From a virus (taxonomy: Duplodnaviria > Caudoviricetes), in the IMG/VR virus record IMGVR_UViG_3300020181_000030, positions 1-25,395 of that record: DNA of 25,395 nucleotides; one strand, written 5' to 3'. This document shows, in pieces, positions 1 through 8,888 of the stretch (within the stretch, counting starts at the first letter, position 1; every line of letters begins with the position of its first letter). The notes below the pieces were generated by a model. The model saw only the letters and a program-made list of their open reading frames with translations. It searched no databases and was not told the DNA's origin. The position numbers were made by a program, and so were the translations under genes.

Positions 1-213
1 GACGCCGCCGTGCTCGCCCGTATGCGAACGCTGGTCGCCCGGTGGCGCACGACGATTTCGGTTCACCCGACCGACGCCGACCTCGTGCCGATCGGCTCCC
101 CGACCGTGTACGCGAACGCGCTGCTTACCGCGGTCGGTGACCCGGAGGCCGACGCCGGCTCGGGCGACCCGCCCACCCTGTCGCTTACCTTCGCCGTCCC
201 GACCGTCGCCTAG
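1..213 (+). CDS. Tail tube (major tail) protein, C-terminal part, truncated by window edge
   Basis: Frame is open from base 1 to TAG at 213. It lies directly upstream of the chaperone and tape measure genes and has a beta-rich tube-like end (PEADAGSGDPPTLSLTFAV). Confidence 0.6.
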   Translation, partial: DAAVLARMRTLVARWRTTISVHPTDADLVPIGSPTVYANALLTAVGDPEADAGSGDPPTLSLTFAVPTVA

Positions 214-229
214 GCACGGAGGCTCCCCA

Positions 230-742
230 ATGGCTCCCGCCGAACCTGTCCGCTCATTCTCCGCCGTGAACCCCGACGACCCGGAACTCGTGACGCCCGG
301 GCCGACGACCGCCCTCGACGAGCTTCGCTCCGAACTCGCCGCCGAGGTCGCTACGCCGCCGCTCACGCTCGCCGTGCCCGGCCGGGCCGACTACGCCGTC
401 CGCTACTCGACCGAACTTGCTCACGAGCAACTCACCGCGTGGCGGAAAACCGCCCGGGATAAGCAGGCACCCGAGGGGATCGACGAACTCCGGTGGGCGT
501 CGATCGTCCTCGCGAATCAGGCCGAGGTCGTGCTCCGGAAGGGCGTCGAGGTCGAACTCGACGGCCGGCCGGCGAACTTTCAGCACGAGGGGTTCCGGGG
601 GATGCTCGGCGCCGACCTTCGCGCTACCGCCGCGGTGCGGAAGTTCTACGGCCGCGACTCCGACGTGATCGCCGCCGCCCTCGCCGTGATCCGGGCGGCC
701 GGCTACGGAGACGATGCCGACGCGGACCCTACGACGCTCTAG
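230..742 (+). CDS. Tail assembly chaperone (gpG-like)
   Basis: ATG at 230 with GGAGG at 218-222; located between tube and tape measure; acidic C-terminus ending DADPTTL. Confidence 0.7.
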   Translation: MAPAEPVRSFSAVNPDDPELVTPGPTTALDELRSELAAEVATPPLTLAVPGRADYAVRYSTELAHEQLTAWRKTARDKQAPEGIDELRWASIVLANQAEVVLRKGVEVELDGRPANFQHEGFRGMLGADLRATAAVRKFYGRDSDVIAAALAVIRAAGYGDDADADPTTL

Positions 743-909
743 CGGAGCGACTGGCCGCCGATCCTCGGGTGCGGAGCGCCGCTCGCGTCTCGCTCCTGTT
801 CGGCCTCGATCCGCTAGAGGTACTCGACGCCGATCGGCTCGATTGGACGATCCGGGCGGCGTGCTCGCTTGCCGCCGCCGAGGAACTCGACGCCGCCCGC
901 CGGCGCTAA
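727..909 (+). CDS. Tail assembly chaperone extension (gpT-like), probably reached by -1 frameshift; alternative GTG start at 769
   Basis: Protein-like frame (ALAERLAADPRVRSAARVSLLFGLDPLEVLD...) in the -1 frame. It overlaps the chaperone end, fills the gap before the tape measure gene and has no clear RBS. Confidence 0.55.
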   Translation, partial: PYDALAERLAADPRVRSAARVSLLFGLDPLEVLDADRLDWTIRAACSLAAAEELDAARRR

Positions 910-929
910 CCGCGAAGGGCGGGTGAGAC

Positions 930-3173
930 GTGGCCGACGAGGAACTCACTATTCGGGCGTCGCTACAGGACGACCTTTCCCGCCCGATCCGCCGTGTCCG
1001 CGACGAGCTAAAGGAAACCGTCGACGCGGCGCACAAGCTCAATCGAACCGTCGGGTTCGGCGGGCCGGCGTTCCGGACCCTCGATAAGAACCTCACCGCG
1101 GCGAGCCGGGCGGCGAAAGGTTCCGGGCAGAACATGCGGACGGCGACCCGGCAGGCCGACGGGTTCCGGAAGGCACTAACGAACGTCGACCGGGCCGCGA
1201 TCAACACGTCGAGGTCGCTTAACCGTGGCCTCGGCCGGGCGCTTACCGGCGTCGGAGTCGGCCTCGGCGCCGCCGGCGCCGCCGCTACGGCGTTCGGCCT
1301 CAGGGCGTCGGCCGGGTTCGAGCAATCGACGATCGCCTTTCAGGCACTCACCGGCTCCGTCGAGCGGGGCAATCAGCTATTCCGCGACCTCCGGGAACTC
1401 AACAAGCGGTCGCCGTTCGAGCTACGCGATATCACGACGGCGACTCAAACCCTCCTGCAATTCGGGTTCACCGCCGACAACGTGCTCGGCACCCTTACGA
1501 ACATCGGCGACGTGGCCGCCCTCTCGTCGAACCCGGTCGAGAACCTAAACCGGATCGCCGTCGCCCTCGGCCAAATCCGGGCCGCCGGCGTGCTCCGGGC
1601 GCAGGACTTGAATCAGCTAGTGCAGGCCGGTTTCCCGGCCTACGAACTCCTCGTCGACCTCACCGGAAAGACGATGGCCCAAATCCGGCAGGATATGGAG
1701 ACGGGCCTCGATATCCCCGCCGACGAGTTCGTCGCCGCCCTCTCCCGGATGCAAGGGCCGTTGCAACGCTACGCCGGCGGGATGCAAAAGCAGGCACTCA
1801 CGCTCGCCGGCATGTGGTCGACGTTCAAAGACACCGTGAACGAACAGCTAGCCGGCGTCGGCGCGCCGCTCGCCGAGGAGCTTAAAAAGCTCATGCCGGC
1901 GATAACAACCCTCGTCGGGAACCTCCTGTCGACGATCGGGCCGCCGCTCGCCCGGGTGCTCCTCGCCCTAATCCCGATCGCCGAGTCGCTGATTCAGGCG
2001 CTCGCCCCGATCCTCGTCGTGTTCGCCGACATAGCGGCCGAGGTGCTCCGAGGGATGGCGCCGGCGTTCGCCGACCTCGCCCGGCAAGGTCCGGAGATGG
2101 CCGCCGCGTTCGCCGACCTCGGCCGGGCGCTAACGCCGCTGATCCCCGTCCTCGGCGACCTCCTGATCGCCGCCGGCCCGCTCCTCGTGACGTTCCTCGA
2201 ACTCACGACGGCGCTCGTCGAGGGGTTCCTCCCGCTGATTACGCCGCTCCTGCAATGGCTCGCCGACTCGACGCAATCCTCGAAGGGGTTTCGGACCGTG
2301 CTCGCGCTCCTGCTCGGGACGCTCCTCGGCTACCGGGCACTCCGAGGGATCGCCGGCGCCGTGCAGACCTTCGCCGGCTCGATCCGGAACCTCGGCTCGG
2401 CCGGGCGGAGCGCCGCGCCCGGGATCGACGCCGCCGCCTCGTCGGCCTCGCGCCTTAACGCCGCCGTCGCCGGCGGAGCGGCCGGCGCCGCCGGGATCGG
2501 CGGGTTTATGTCGCTGATCGAGGGGCCGGTCGGAGCGAACGACCTCTCGCCGGCCGCCCGTAAGAAATGGGACGCGGCGAAGGGTCGGGCTATGGGCGCC
2601 GCCGCGATCGGCGGCGCTATCGGTACCGCCGTGATCCCCGTCCCGATCCTCGGAACAGCGGTCGGCGCCGCCGGCGGCGCGGTCGCGAGCATGGGGATCG
2701 ACGTCCTCCGCGGGTGGCTCGGCGACACGGCGTCGCCTCACCGGCGCCTCGCCCGCACCGCGGCGACGCACTCCTCGATCGACTCGTCGATCCCCGGGAA
2801 ACGCTCGATCACGTCGGGCTATCGGACGTGGGGCGTCGGAGCCGACTCCGACCATAAGGCGGGCGCCGCCCTCGATATCACCGGGTCGAACCTCCTCGGC
2901 TACGCGCAGGCGCTCCGGAACGCCGGCGGGTGGGCGTCGATTCACGACTCCGGGTCGGGCCGGCATTTGCACGCCGTGTACGGCGACACGGCGTCGCCTC
3001 GGCGTGGCGCCCTCGGCGACGGCGGGCACGGCGCCGGCGAGGGAATCCCGCCGGTACAGGTAAACGTCTACTACCCGAGCCGCGAACTCGACGTCGAGCG
3101 GGCCGTTACCCGAGGCATGGCGCGAGCGGAGCGGGACCGGATCGAGCGGGCACGGCGGGAAAGGGTCCGGTAA
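930..3173 (+). CDS. Tape measure protein with C-terminal M15/LAS-type Zn-peptidase-like domain
   Basis: Tape-measure N-terminal signature (FEQSTIAFQALTGS...SPFELRDI...LGQIRAAG), amphipathic Leu/Pro repeats, Gly/Ala-rich region, then ITSGYR...SDHKAGAALD...HLH. Confidence 0.93.
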   Translation: MADEELTIRASLQDDLSRPIRRVRDELKETVDAAHKLNRTVGFGGPAFRTLDKNLTAASRAAKGSGQNMRTATRQADGFRKALTNVDRAAINTSRSLNRGLGRALTGVGVGLGAAGAAATAFGLRASAGFEQSTIAFQALTGSVERGNQLFRDLRELNKRSPFELRDITTATQTLLQFGFTADNVLGTLTNIGDVAALSSNPVENLNRIAVALGQIRAAGVLRAQDLNQLVQAGFPAYELLVDLTGKTMAQIRQDMETGLDIPADEFVAALSRMQGPLQRYAGGMQKQALTLAGMWSTFKDTVNEQLAGVGAPLAEELKKLMPAITTLVGNLLSTIGPPLARVLLALIPIAESLIQALAPILVVFADIAAEVLRGMAPAFADLARQGPEMAAAFADLGRALTPLIPVLGDLLIAAGPLLVTFLELTTALVEGFLPLITPLLQWLADSTQSSKGFRTVLALLLGTLLGYRALRGIAGAVQTFAGSIRNLGSAGRSAAPGIDAAASSASRLNAAVAGGAAGAAGIGGFMSLIEGPVGANDLSPAARKKWDAAKGRAMGAAAIGGAIGTAVIPVPILGTAVGAAGGAVASMGIDVLRGWLGDTASPHRRLARTAATHSSIDSSIPGKRSITSGYRTWGVGADSDHKAGAALDITGSNLLGYAQALRNAGGWASIHDSGSGRHLHAVYGDTASPRRGALGDGGHGAGEGIPPVQVNVYYPSRELDVERAVTRGMARAERDRIERARRERVR
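2720..3000 (+). repeat. Perfect 20-bp direct repeat CGGCGACACGGCGTCGCCTC (2720-2739 and 2981-3000) flanking the peptidase domain
   Basis: Read directly from the sequence; both copies encode GDTASP. Confidence 0.9.
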
Positions 3174-3890
3174 GTGGCTACCGTCGAACTCACCACGACC
3201 GGCCGTGTCGCCGCCTCGACCGGGCATCCCCGATGCGTGATCCGTCACCACGAAATGACGGAGTTCGCCGTCGAACTCACGGCGACGAACCCGGCGAACG
3301 ATCACCGCGGCCTCGGACCCGAGTTCGTGTCGATCGACCGGGCCGGCATGTTCCCGCTGTTCGTCCGGAAAGGCGACCGGCTCCGCGAGTCGACCCTCTC
3401 GGGCGTGATCGCCTCCGGTCCCGAGGTCGACGCGCCCGGCGTCGAGGCCGCCCTACAAATCCTGGTCGCGATCGTCCGTCTCGCCGAGCCGGTCGTGATC
3501 GCGTTCGGTCCCCTAGAGGCGGGCACGTGGTATGTCTCGAACCTCGATATCCGGGCGGTTCGCCGGCAACCCGGCACCAACGCGGCGAATTGGGTCGAGG
3601 TCGAACTCGAAATCGTCGAGCACAAGCTCGACCCGCTCCCGCCGGCGCCGATTCCCCAACTCGCCCCGACGCCGATCGCCGCCGCTCCCCCGGCGCCCGC
3701 CCCGGTGGCGCCCGCGACCTCGGCGCCGACGCCCGGTCCCCGAACGCACACGATCGTTCGAGGCGACACCTTGTGGGATTTGGCCGGCCGGTACTACCGG
3801 GATAACTACCAATGGCGCCGGATCGCCGACGCGAACGGCGTCCGCGACCCTCGAAAGCTCGTGATCGGGCAACGCCTCACGATCCCGTAA
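3174..3890 (+). CDS. LysM-domain baseplate/tail-tube initiator protein (P2 gpU+gpX-like)
   Basis: C-terminal LysM (HTIVRGDTLWDLAGRYY...WRRIADAN...LVIGQRLTIP) after a Pro/Ala linker; immediately follows the tape measure gene. Confidence 0.88.
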   Translation: MATVELTTTGRVAASTGHPRCVIRHHEMTEFAVELTATNPANDHRGLGPEFVSIDRAGMFPLFVRKGDRLRESTLSGVIASGPEVDAPGVEAALQILVAIVRLAEPVVIAFGPLEAGTWYVSNLDIRAVRRQPGTNAANWVEVELEIVEHKLDPLPPAPIPQLAPTPIAAAPPAPAPVAPATSAPTPGPRTHTIVRGDTLWDLAGRYYRDNYQWRRIADANGVRDPRKLVIGQRLTIP

Positions 3891-4090
3891 TGAGCCAGCA
3901 CGACGCCCGCTCCGACGTCGACGCCCTCGTGCGGGCACCGTGGCGGGTCGGCCGGTCCGTCGGACGCACCGTGTACGCCGTCCTAGAGGCCGGAGACGTC
4001 CTCGTCGGGCTGTTCGACTCCCGGGAGCTAGCGGAGGCCGCCGTCGCCGCTCATAACCTCACGGTGGGCGTCTCACCGCCGCAGGGCTAG
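3890..4090 (+). CDS. Small hypothetical protein (66 aa, WRVGRSVGRTVY motif)
   Basis: TAATG coupling to the LysM gene; GC3-rich codons; protein-like sequence. Confidence 0.7.
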   Translation: MSQHDARSDVDALVRAPWRVGRSVGRTVYAVLEAGDVLVGLFDSRELAEAAVAAHNLTVGVSPPQG

Positions 4091-4097
4091 GCGTCCC

Positions 4098-4133
4098 CGA
4101 CCCGGCCGGCCGGGTCGCCTACCCTTTCAGGTC
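4098..4133 (+). promoter_or_regulatory. 20-bp perfect palindrome followed by TACCCT -10-like hexamer; putative leaderless promoter
   Basis: CGACCCGGCCGGCCGGGTCG at 4098-4117; TACCCT at 4120-4125, 8 nt before GTG 4134; no SD sequence. Confidence 0.5.
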
Positions 4134-5963
4134 GTGCCGACCCTCTCCGCCGAGGCAATCGCCGGCTACGGATACGCCGCCGGGTGGCGCGGCGAGGCGC
4201 TCGTGATCGCGACGGCGATCGCCCTCGCCGAGTCGAGCGGCCGAACCGACGCCGTGGGCGACGTCAATCTCACGGTGAGCGGCGAGAAATCGGTCGGGTT
4301 GTGGCAGATCAACTATCGGCCGGCCCGGGACGCCCTCGGCGGCCCTCGCGACCCGAACCGGAACCTCGACCCGGCGACGAACGCCCGGAACGCCTACGGG
4401 ATTAGCTCGGGTGGCACGAAATGGTCGCCGTGGTCGACCTACACGAACGGCGCCTACCGGAAACACCTCGACGCCGCCCGGGCCGGCGCCCGGCTCGTCG
4501 AGGAGCGCGGCGGGACGGCCGGCACGGCCTACTCGACGTCGACGTCGACGATCCCCGGCTCGAACGCCTCCGCCGGCGCCCGCTCCCCGAACCGGATATC
4601 GCCGTCGGCTCCGTACTCGCCGACCGGGCACGCCGAGGCGATCGAGGTCGGCGGCCGGACGCTGCTCGAACTCGTCGGGCACCGCCTCCTCGACGCCTCG
4701 CTCGACCTCACTCACTCGGCGATCCCCGAGCTTTCGTTTACGGTGCACCTCGCGCCGGGCGGGATGATTAACCGGCTCACCGAGCATTTCGTCGAGGGCG
4801 TCGAGGTCGCCTACGGCGAACTCCGGTTCGTCGTCTCGGCGATCGAGGTCGGCCCGTCGGATGCCGGGATGCAACTCACCGTCACCGCCCGGTCGCGTGG
4901 CATGAGCCGGCTCCGGAAGAAAGACGCCGGCACCTTCGCGAACGTGTCGCCCTCCGAGGTCGCCTATCAGGGCGCGCTCTACGCGAAATCGGGCTACGTG
5001 ATCGAAGGGTCGGCGGCCCGGGCGACGATCGCCCCGGAGAAACGGGACAACGGGAAAACCGAATCGTGGTATGAGCTAATCGAGCGCCTCGCCGGCGAGC
5101 TTGGGTTCGTGTTCTTCGAGACGGGCCGAACCCTCTATTTCGGCCGGCCGACGTGGCTTATCGGGCAGGCGCTCCCCTTCGAGGCGCAGTTTCAATACCG
5201 CCTCGGGAAAGACATTCCGACGGCGCCGACGTGGCGGCGCACGGCCGACGACGAGGAACGCTCGACGACGATCGAACTCGACGTGCCGCTCCGCCTCGGC
5301 TCGAAGGTCCGGCCCGGGCACCGGCTCGAATTCGACGGCGTGTCGGTCGCCGTCGCCGGTAAGTACCTCGTGACGGCGGTTAGCTGGTCACCGACGGACC
5401 CGACCGGCCTCGTGCATATCGCCGCCGAGAAACCGGTCGACCCGACCCCGACGGCCGACCCGATCACCGGCGAACCGAAAACGGCGACGGCGGCGACGGC
5501 GGCGACGAGCGTTACCGCGGCCGCTCAGAACGGGAAGGCGAGCGCCCTCGATTTCGTGTCGGTGGCGCTCGCTCAGGTCGGCGATTCCTACGTGTACGGC
5601 GCCGAGGTGCGCCTCGACGACGCCGACCCCGACCGGTTCGACTGTTCGGAGCTAGTGCAATGGGCGTGCGCGCGGGTGGGCGTCACGATCCCCGACGGCT
5701 CCTCGGCGCAGGAGGCGGCGACGACCCGGATCAGTGTCGAACAGGCCGCCCGCACCCGGGGCGCCCTCCTGTTCCACCCGGGGCACGTCGCGATCTCGCT
5801 CGGCGACGGGAAGAACACCGTCGAGGCTATGGGCCGGAAGTACGGCGTCGTTCAGGGCACGATCGCCTCCCGGTTCCGCACGGCCGGGCTGATTAAGGGG
5901 ATGCAATACGGCGGAAGCTCGGCGACGGGCGGATCGGGCGGCGCGATCGCCGTGGTCGACTAG
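4134..5963 (+). CDS. Baseplate hub protein fused to N-terminal lytic transglycosylase and C-terminal NlpC/P60 peptidase
   Basis: AIALAESSG...GLWQIN...DPATNA...WSPWSTY (lysozyme-like SLT); ESWYELIERLAGELGFVFFE...LYFG (gpD/gp27-like hub); YVYGAE...FDCSELVQWA...GHVAI...VEA (NlpC/P60 Cys-His). Confidence 0.88.
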   Translation: MPTLSAEAIAGYGYAAGWRGEALVIATAIALAESSGRTDAVGDVNLTVSGEKSVGLWQINYRPARDALGGPRDPNRNLDPATNARNAYGISSGGTKWSPWSTYTNGAYRKHLDAARAGARLVEERGGTAGTAYSTSTSTIPGSNASAGARSPNRISPSAPYSPTGHAEAIEVGGRTLLELVGHRLLDASLDLTHSAIPELSFTVHLAPGGMINRLTEHFVEGVEVAYGELRFVVSAIEVGPSDAGMQLTVTARSRGMSRLRKKDAGTFANVSPSEVAYQGALYAKSGYVIEGSAARATIAPEKRDNGKTESWYELIERLAGELGFVFFETGRTLYFGRPTWLIGQALPFEAQFQYRLGKDIPTAPTWRRTADDEERSTTIELDVPLRLGSKVRPGHRLEFDGVSVAVAGKYLVTAVSWSPTDPTGLVHIAAEKPVDPTPTADPITGEPKTATAATAATSVTAAAQNGKASALDFVSVALAQVGDSYVYGAEVRLDDADPDRFDCSELVQWACARVGVTIPDGSSAQEAATTRISVEQAARTRGALLFHPGHVAISLGDGKNTVEAMGRKYGVVQGTIASRFRTAGLIKGMQYGGSSATGGSGGAIAVVD

Positions 5964-6370
5964 TGGCCGCCGGCGTGTGGCGCGGGACCGTGAGCCGGAT
6001 CACCGGCGGGCAAGTGTGGCTCACCGTGCCGCGGCTGATCGCCCGAGGCGAGGTCGGCCCGGTGATATCGGCCGTCGATCCGGCGAACCTAGAGGCGGGC
6101 GTGCGGGTGATCGTCGGGCTAGTCGAGGGCCGACCCGACGACCTCGCGATCCTCGGCCGGGCCGACGGGCAGGGCGGCCTACCGCCCGGGTTCCTCGACT
6201 GGCTCACGGCGACACTCGACGACCTCGCCGCCGCCGCCGCCGCCCTCGAAGCGGCCGACACGGCGCTAGCGGCCGCCGACGCCGCCCTAGACGCCCGCCT
6301 CGACGCCCTCGAATCGGCGCCGGCCGTCGAGGTCGACGAGTCGCTTATCTGGCTCGTGGTGAACCCCTAG
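5963..6370 (+). CDS. Baseplate spike-like protein (gpV-type OB-fold plus coiled coil)
   Basis: Follows the hub with TAGTG coupling. The N-terminus (WRGTVSRI...VPRL...GVRVIVGLVEGRPDDLAILG) fits the spike OB-fold pattern and is followed by Ala-rich heptads. Confidence 0.65.
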   Translation: MAAGVWRGTVSRITGGQVWLTVPRLIARGEVGPVISAVDPANLEAGVRVIVGLVEGRPDDLAILGRADGQGGLPPGFLDWLTATLDDLAAAAAALEAADTALAAADAALDARLDALESAPAVEVDESLIWLVVNP

Positions 6371-7329
6371 TGCCGACCTACGCGCCAAAACGGCTCGGGC
6401 AACTCGTCGTCGGGACCGGCGCGACGACGTTCTACACGACGCCCGCCGACACGACCACGATCGTTAAGAACGTCGTCGTCGCGAACACGACGCCGGGCGC
6501 GGTCGGCCTCAACCTCTCCGCCGTGCCGGCCGGCGGCGTCGCCTCCGCCGCGAACCGGCTCGTGCCCGGGACGCTGATCGGCGCCTATTCGGTCGTGACG
6601 TTCGACCTCTCGACCGTGCTCGCCGCCGGCGACCTCCTCGTCGCCTCCGCGGCCGCCGCCGGCGCCCTCGTGGTCACCGTCTCGGGCGTCGAGCTACCCG
6701 GCTCGAACGGCCTCTCGGCCGGGTCGGTGCTCACGCCCGGGCCGGCGTTCGGCCTCCCGGTCGCCCTCGGAACAGCGGCCGCCGAGGGCACAAGTCCCGA
6801 CCTCGCCCGGGCCGATCACGTGCACGCCGGGATCACCACGACGGCGCCGCTCGACGGCGCTACGGCCGCCGCCCTCGGCGCCGAGCTACGGGCCGCCCGA
6901 GGGGATCACCGACACAAAACCGTCACCGACGCGACGGCGCCGCTCGACCCGGCCGCCGCCGCCGCTATCGGCGCCTCGGGCCTCGCCGCGCGGGCGGATC
7001 ACGTGCACCGCTCGAATTTCCGGGTGCTCGGGATCGGGGCGTCGTTGCAAGGGTCGGCGCCGGCGAACGGGCCGTTTCTGATTCAGGCCGGCACCGTCGT
7101 TACCGCCCTCTCCGCCGGCGGCGAACACGACCTCACGTTCCCGACCCCGTTCCCGAACGGCCTCGTCGCCGCGTGGGTAACACCCGGGTTCTACGGCGCC
7201 GGGTGGTTCGCTCAGGTCGCCGACGGCGGCTACACGCTCGCCAAATTCCGGTGGCGGGCCGTGCTCGACAACGGGACCGTATGGGCAGGCGCGACCGTGC
7301 GGGCGAATTGGTGGGCGCTCGGGTGGTGA
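6370..7329 (+). CDS. Tail fibre/adhesin protein 1 (three ARxDHxH repeats, C-terminal gp53/H-type-lectin-like domain)
   Basis: GTG at 6370 coupled to TAG; ARADHVH, ARGDHRH and ARADHVH; C-terminus IQAGTV...LTFPTPFPNG...WWALGW. Confidence 0.75.
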   Translation: MPTYAPKRLGQLVVGTGATTFYTTPADTTTIVKNVVVANTTPGAVGLNLSAVPAGGVASAANRLVPGTLIGAYSVVTFDLSTVLAAGDLLVASAAAAGALVVTVSGVELPGSNGLSAGSVLTPGPAFGLPVALGTAAAEGTSPDLARADHVHAGITTTAPLDGATAAALGAELRAARGDHRHKTVTDATAPLDPAAAAAIGASGLAARADHVHRSNFRVLGIGASLQGSAPANGPFLIQAGTVVTALSAGGEHDLTFPTPFPNGLVAAWVTPGFYGAGWFAQVADGGYTLAKFRWRAVLDNGTVWAGATVRANWWALGW

Positions 7330-7333
7330 TCTA

Positions 7334-8335
7334 GTGCCGTTCACGCCGAAACGCCTCGCCCAATTCGTCGCCCCGGTCGCCGAGACGAGCTACTACACGG
7401 TTCCGCCCGACACGCTCGCCCTTGTGAAACAGGCCGTCGTCGCGAACACGAGCGGAGCGCCGGCGTCGCTGTTCCTCTCCGTCGTGCCCGCCGGCGGCGT
7501 CGCCGGGAATCAGAACCGGGTCGTGCCCGGGACGTCGATCCCGCCCGGCGCGTCGGCCGTGCTCGACCTCACCACGGTTATGGCCGCCGGCGATTTCATC
7601 TCCGCCCGCTCCGACGTCGCCGGCGCCCTCACCGTCACCGTGTCGGGCGCCGAGGAACCCGGCTCGAACGGAGCTAGCTCGGGAACCGTCGTCGGGTCGC
7701 CGCCGGCGTTCGGGTCGCCGGTCGCCGCCGACGGCGTGGCGAACGCCGAGGGCGTCTCGACGCTCCTCGCCCGGGCCGACCATAAGCACCGGGCCGGGCC
7801 GCTGGTCGTGCCGAACATCGCCGCCCGGGATTCGCTCGTGCCGTTCGACGGGCTGATCGTCTATGTCGCCTCGAATTGGACCTACTACGGGTGGCGGGCG
7901 ACGCAATGGGTCGCGTTGCAGGACGTCAACTTTTCCGGGACGGCGCCGGTCGCCGTCTCCCTCACCGCCGCCTCGGCCGGCGCCTCGACCTCCGTCGCCC
8001 GGGCCGATCACCGACACAAGCTCGACGACACCGGGTGGCAAACGCCCACCTATCAAAACGGGTGGGTCAACTACGACAACCTCTACGGGCCGGCCGGCTA
8101 CCGGCGGATCGGCGGGATTACATACCTCCGCGGGCTGATCCGTTCGGGCACGATGGGCGCCGTCGCGTTCGTGCTCCCCGGCGGGTACCGGCCCGGGATC
8201 AAGTACCTGTTTGGCGTCGACCGCGACACTCAGGCGCATGGCCGAATGGATATCGGCACCGACGGGACCGTCGTCCCCGTTTTCGGTGCCGCCGGCTATT
8301 TCCAAATCACCTGCTGTTTCGTGGCGGAGAACTAG
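7334..8335 (+). CDS. Tail fibre/adhesin protein 2, paralog of protein 1 with a different head domain
   Basis: N-terminal ~110 aa are similar to the 6370 gene (PKRL...VVANT...VPAGGVA...NR.VPGT...TVSG.E.PGSNG); two ARADHxH motifs; head DDTGWQ...NGWVNY...YRRIGGITYLRGLI. Confidence 0.78.
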   Translation: MPFTPKRLAQFVAPVAETSYYTVPPDTLALVKQAVVANTSGAPASLFLSVVPAGGVAGNQNRVVPGTSIPPGASAVLDLTTVMAAGDFISARSDVAGALTVTVSGAEEPGSNGASSGTVVGSPPAFGSPVAADGVANAEGVSTLLARADHKHRAGPLVVPNIAARDSLVPFDGLIVYVASNWTYYGWRATQWVALQDVNFSGTAPVAVSLTAASAGASTSVARADHRHKLDDTGWQTPTYQNGWVNYDNLYGPAGYRRIGGITYLRGLIRSGTMGAVAFVLPGGYRPGIKYLFGVDRDTQAHGRMDIGTDGTVVPVFGAAGYFQITCCFVAEN

Positions 8336-8345
8336 GGGGGGCGCC

Positions 8346-8888
8346 GTGGGATTCTCGCTCTTGCTACCGACACCGCCGGCGCTCACGGCCGAGCTACCGG
8401 CCGATACGGCGGCCGCTCCTGTCGCCGGCGCCTCCGCCCTCGCGGCCCGAGGTGACCACGTACACCGCGCCGTCGGCGGTACCGCTCCGCCCGTCGTCGG
8501 ATCAGCGGCGGCCGCCGCCGGCGCCGCCCTCCTCGCCGCCCGAGCCGACCACGTGCACGCCCTCGACGACACCGGGTGGATAGCGGCGCCGCTCGCCGCC
8601 GGGTGGTCGAACTACTCCGCCGGCTCCTACTCCGCCGCTGCTTACCGGAAGGTCGGGCCGATCGTTTCGATAACGGGCCTCGTGAAAGGGCCGCCGGGAA
8701 CCGACGTGTTCATTCTCCCTGTCGGGTTCCGACCGGCCCGGAACCTCCACTTTGCGACGGTCCAAAACGGGTCGTGGGGAATCCTCGAAATCACCGTCAC
8801 CGTCGGTACGCCCGGCGCCGTGAAAGCGAACACGGCGGCCGGGTCGGCGACGTGGCTTTCGATCGAGTGCACGTTCATGGTGGCCTAG
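8346..8888 (+). CDS. Short tail fibre/receptor-binding protein 3
   Basis: GTG at 8346 after a G-rich RBS; two ARxDHVH motifs; head DDTGW...GWSNY...YRKVG...LPVGFRP related to that of protein 2. Confidence 0.72.
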   Translation: MGFSLLLPTPPALTAELPADTAAAPVAGASALAARGDHVHRAVGGTAPPVVGSAAAAAGAALLAARADHVHALDDTGWIAAPLAAGWSNYSAGSYSAAAYRKVGPIVSITGLVKGPPGTDVFILPVGFRPARNLHFATVQNGSWGILEITVTVGTPGAVKANTAAGSATWLSIECTFMVA

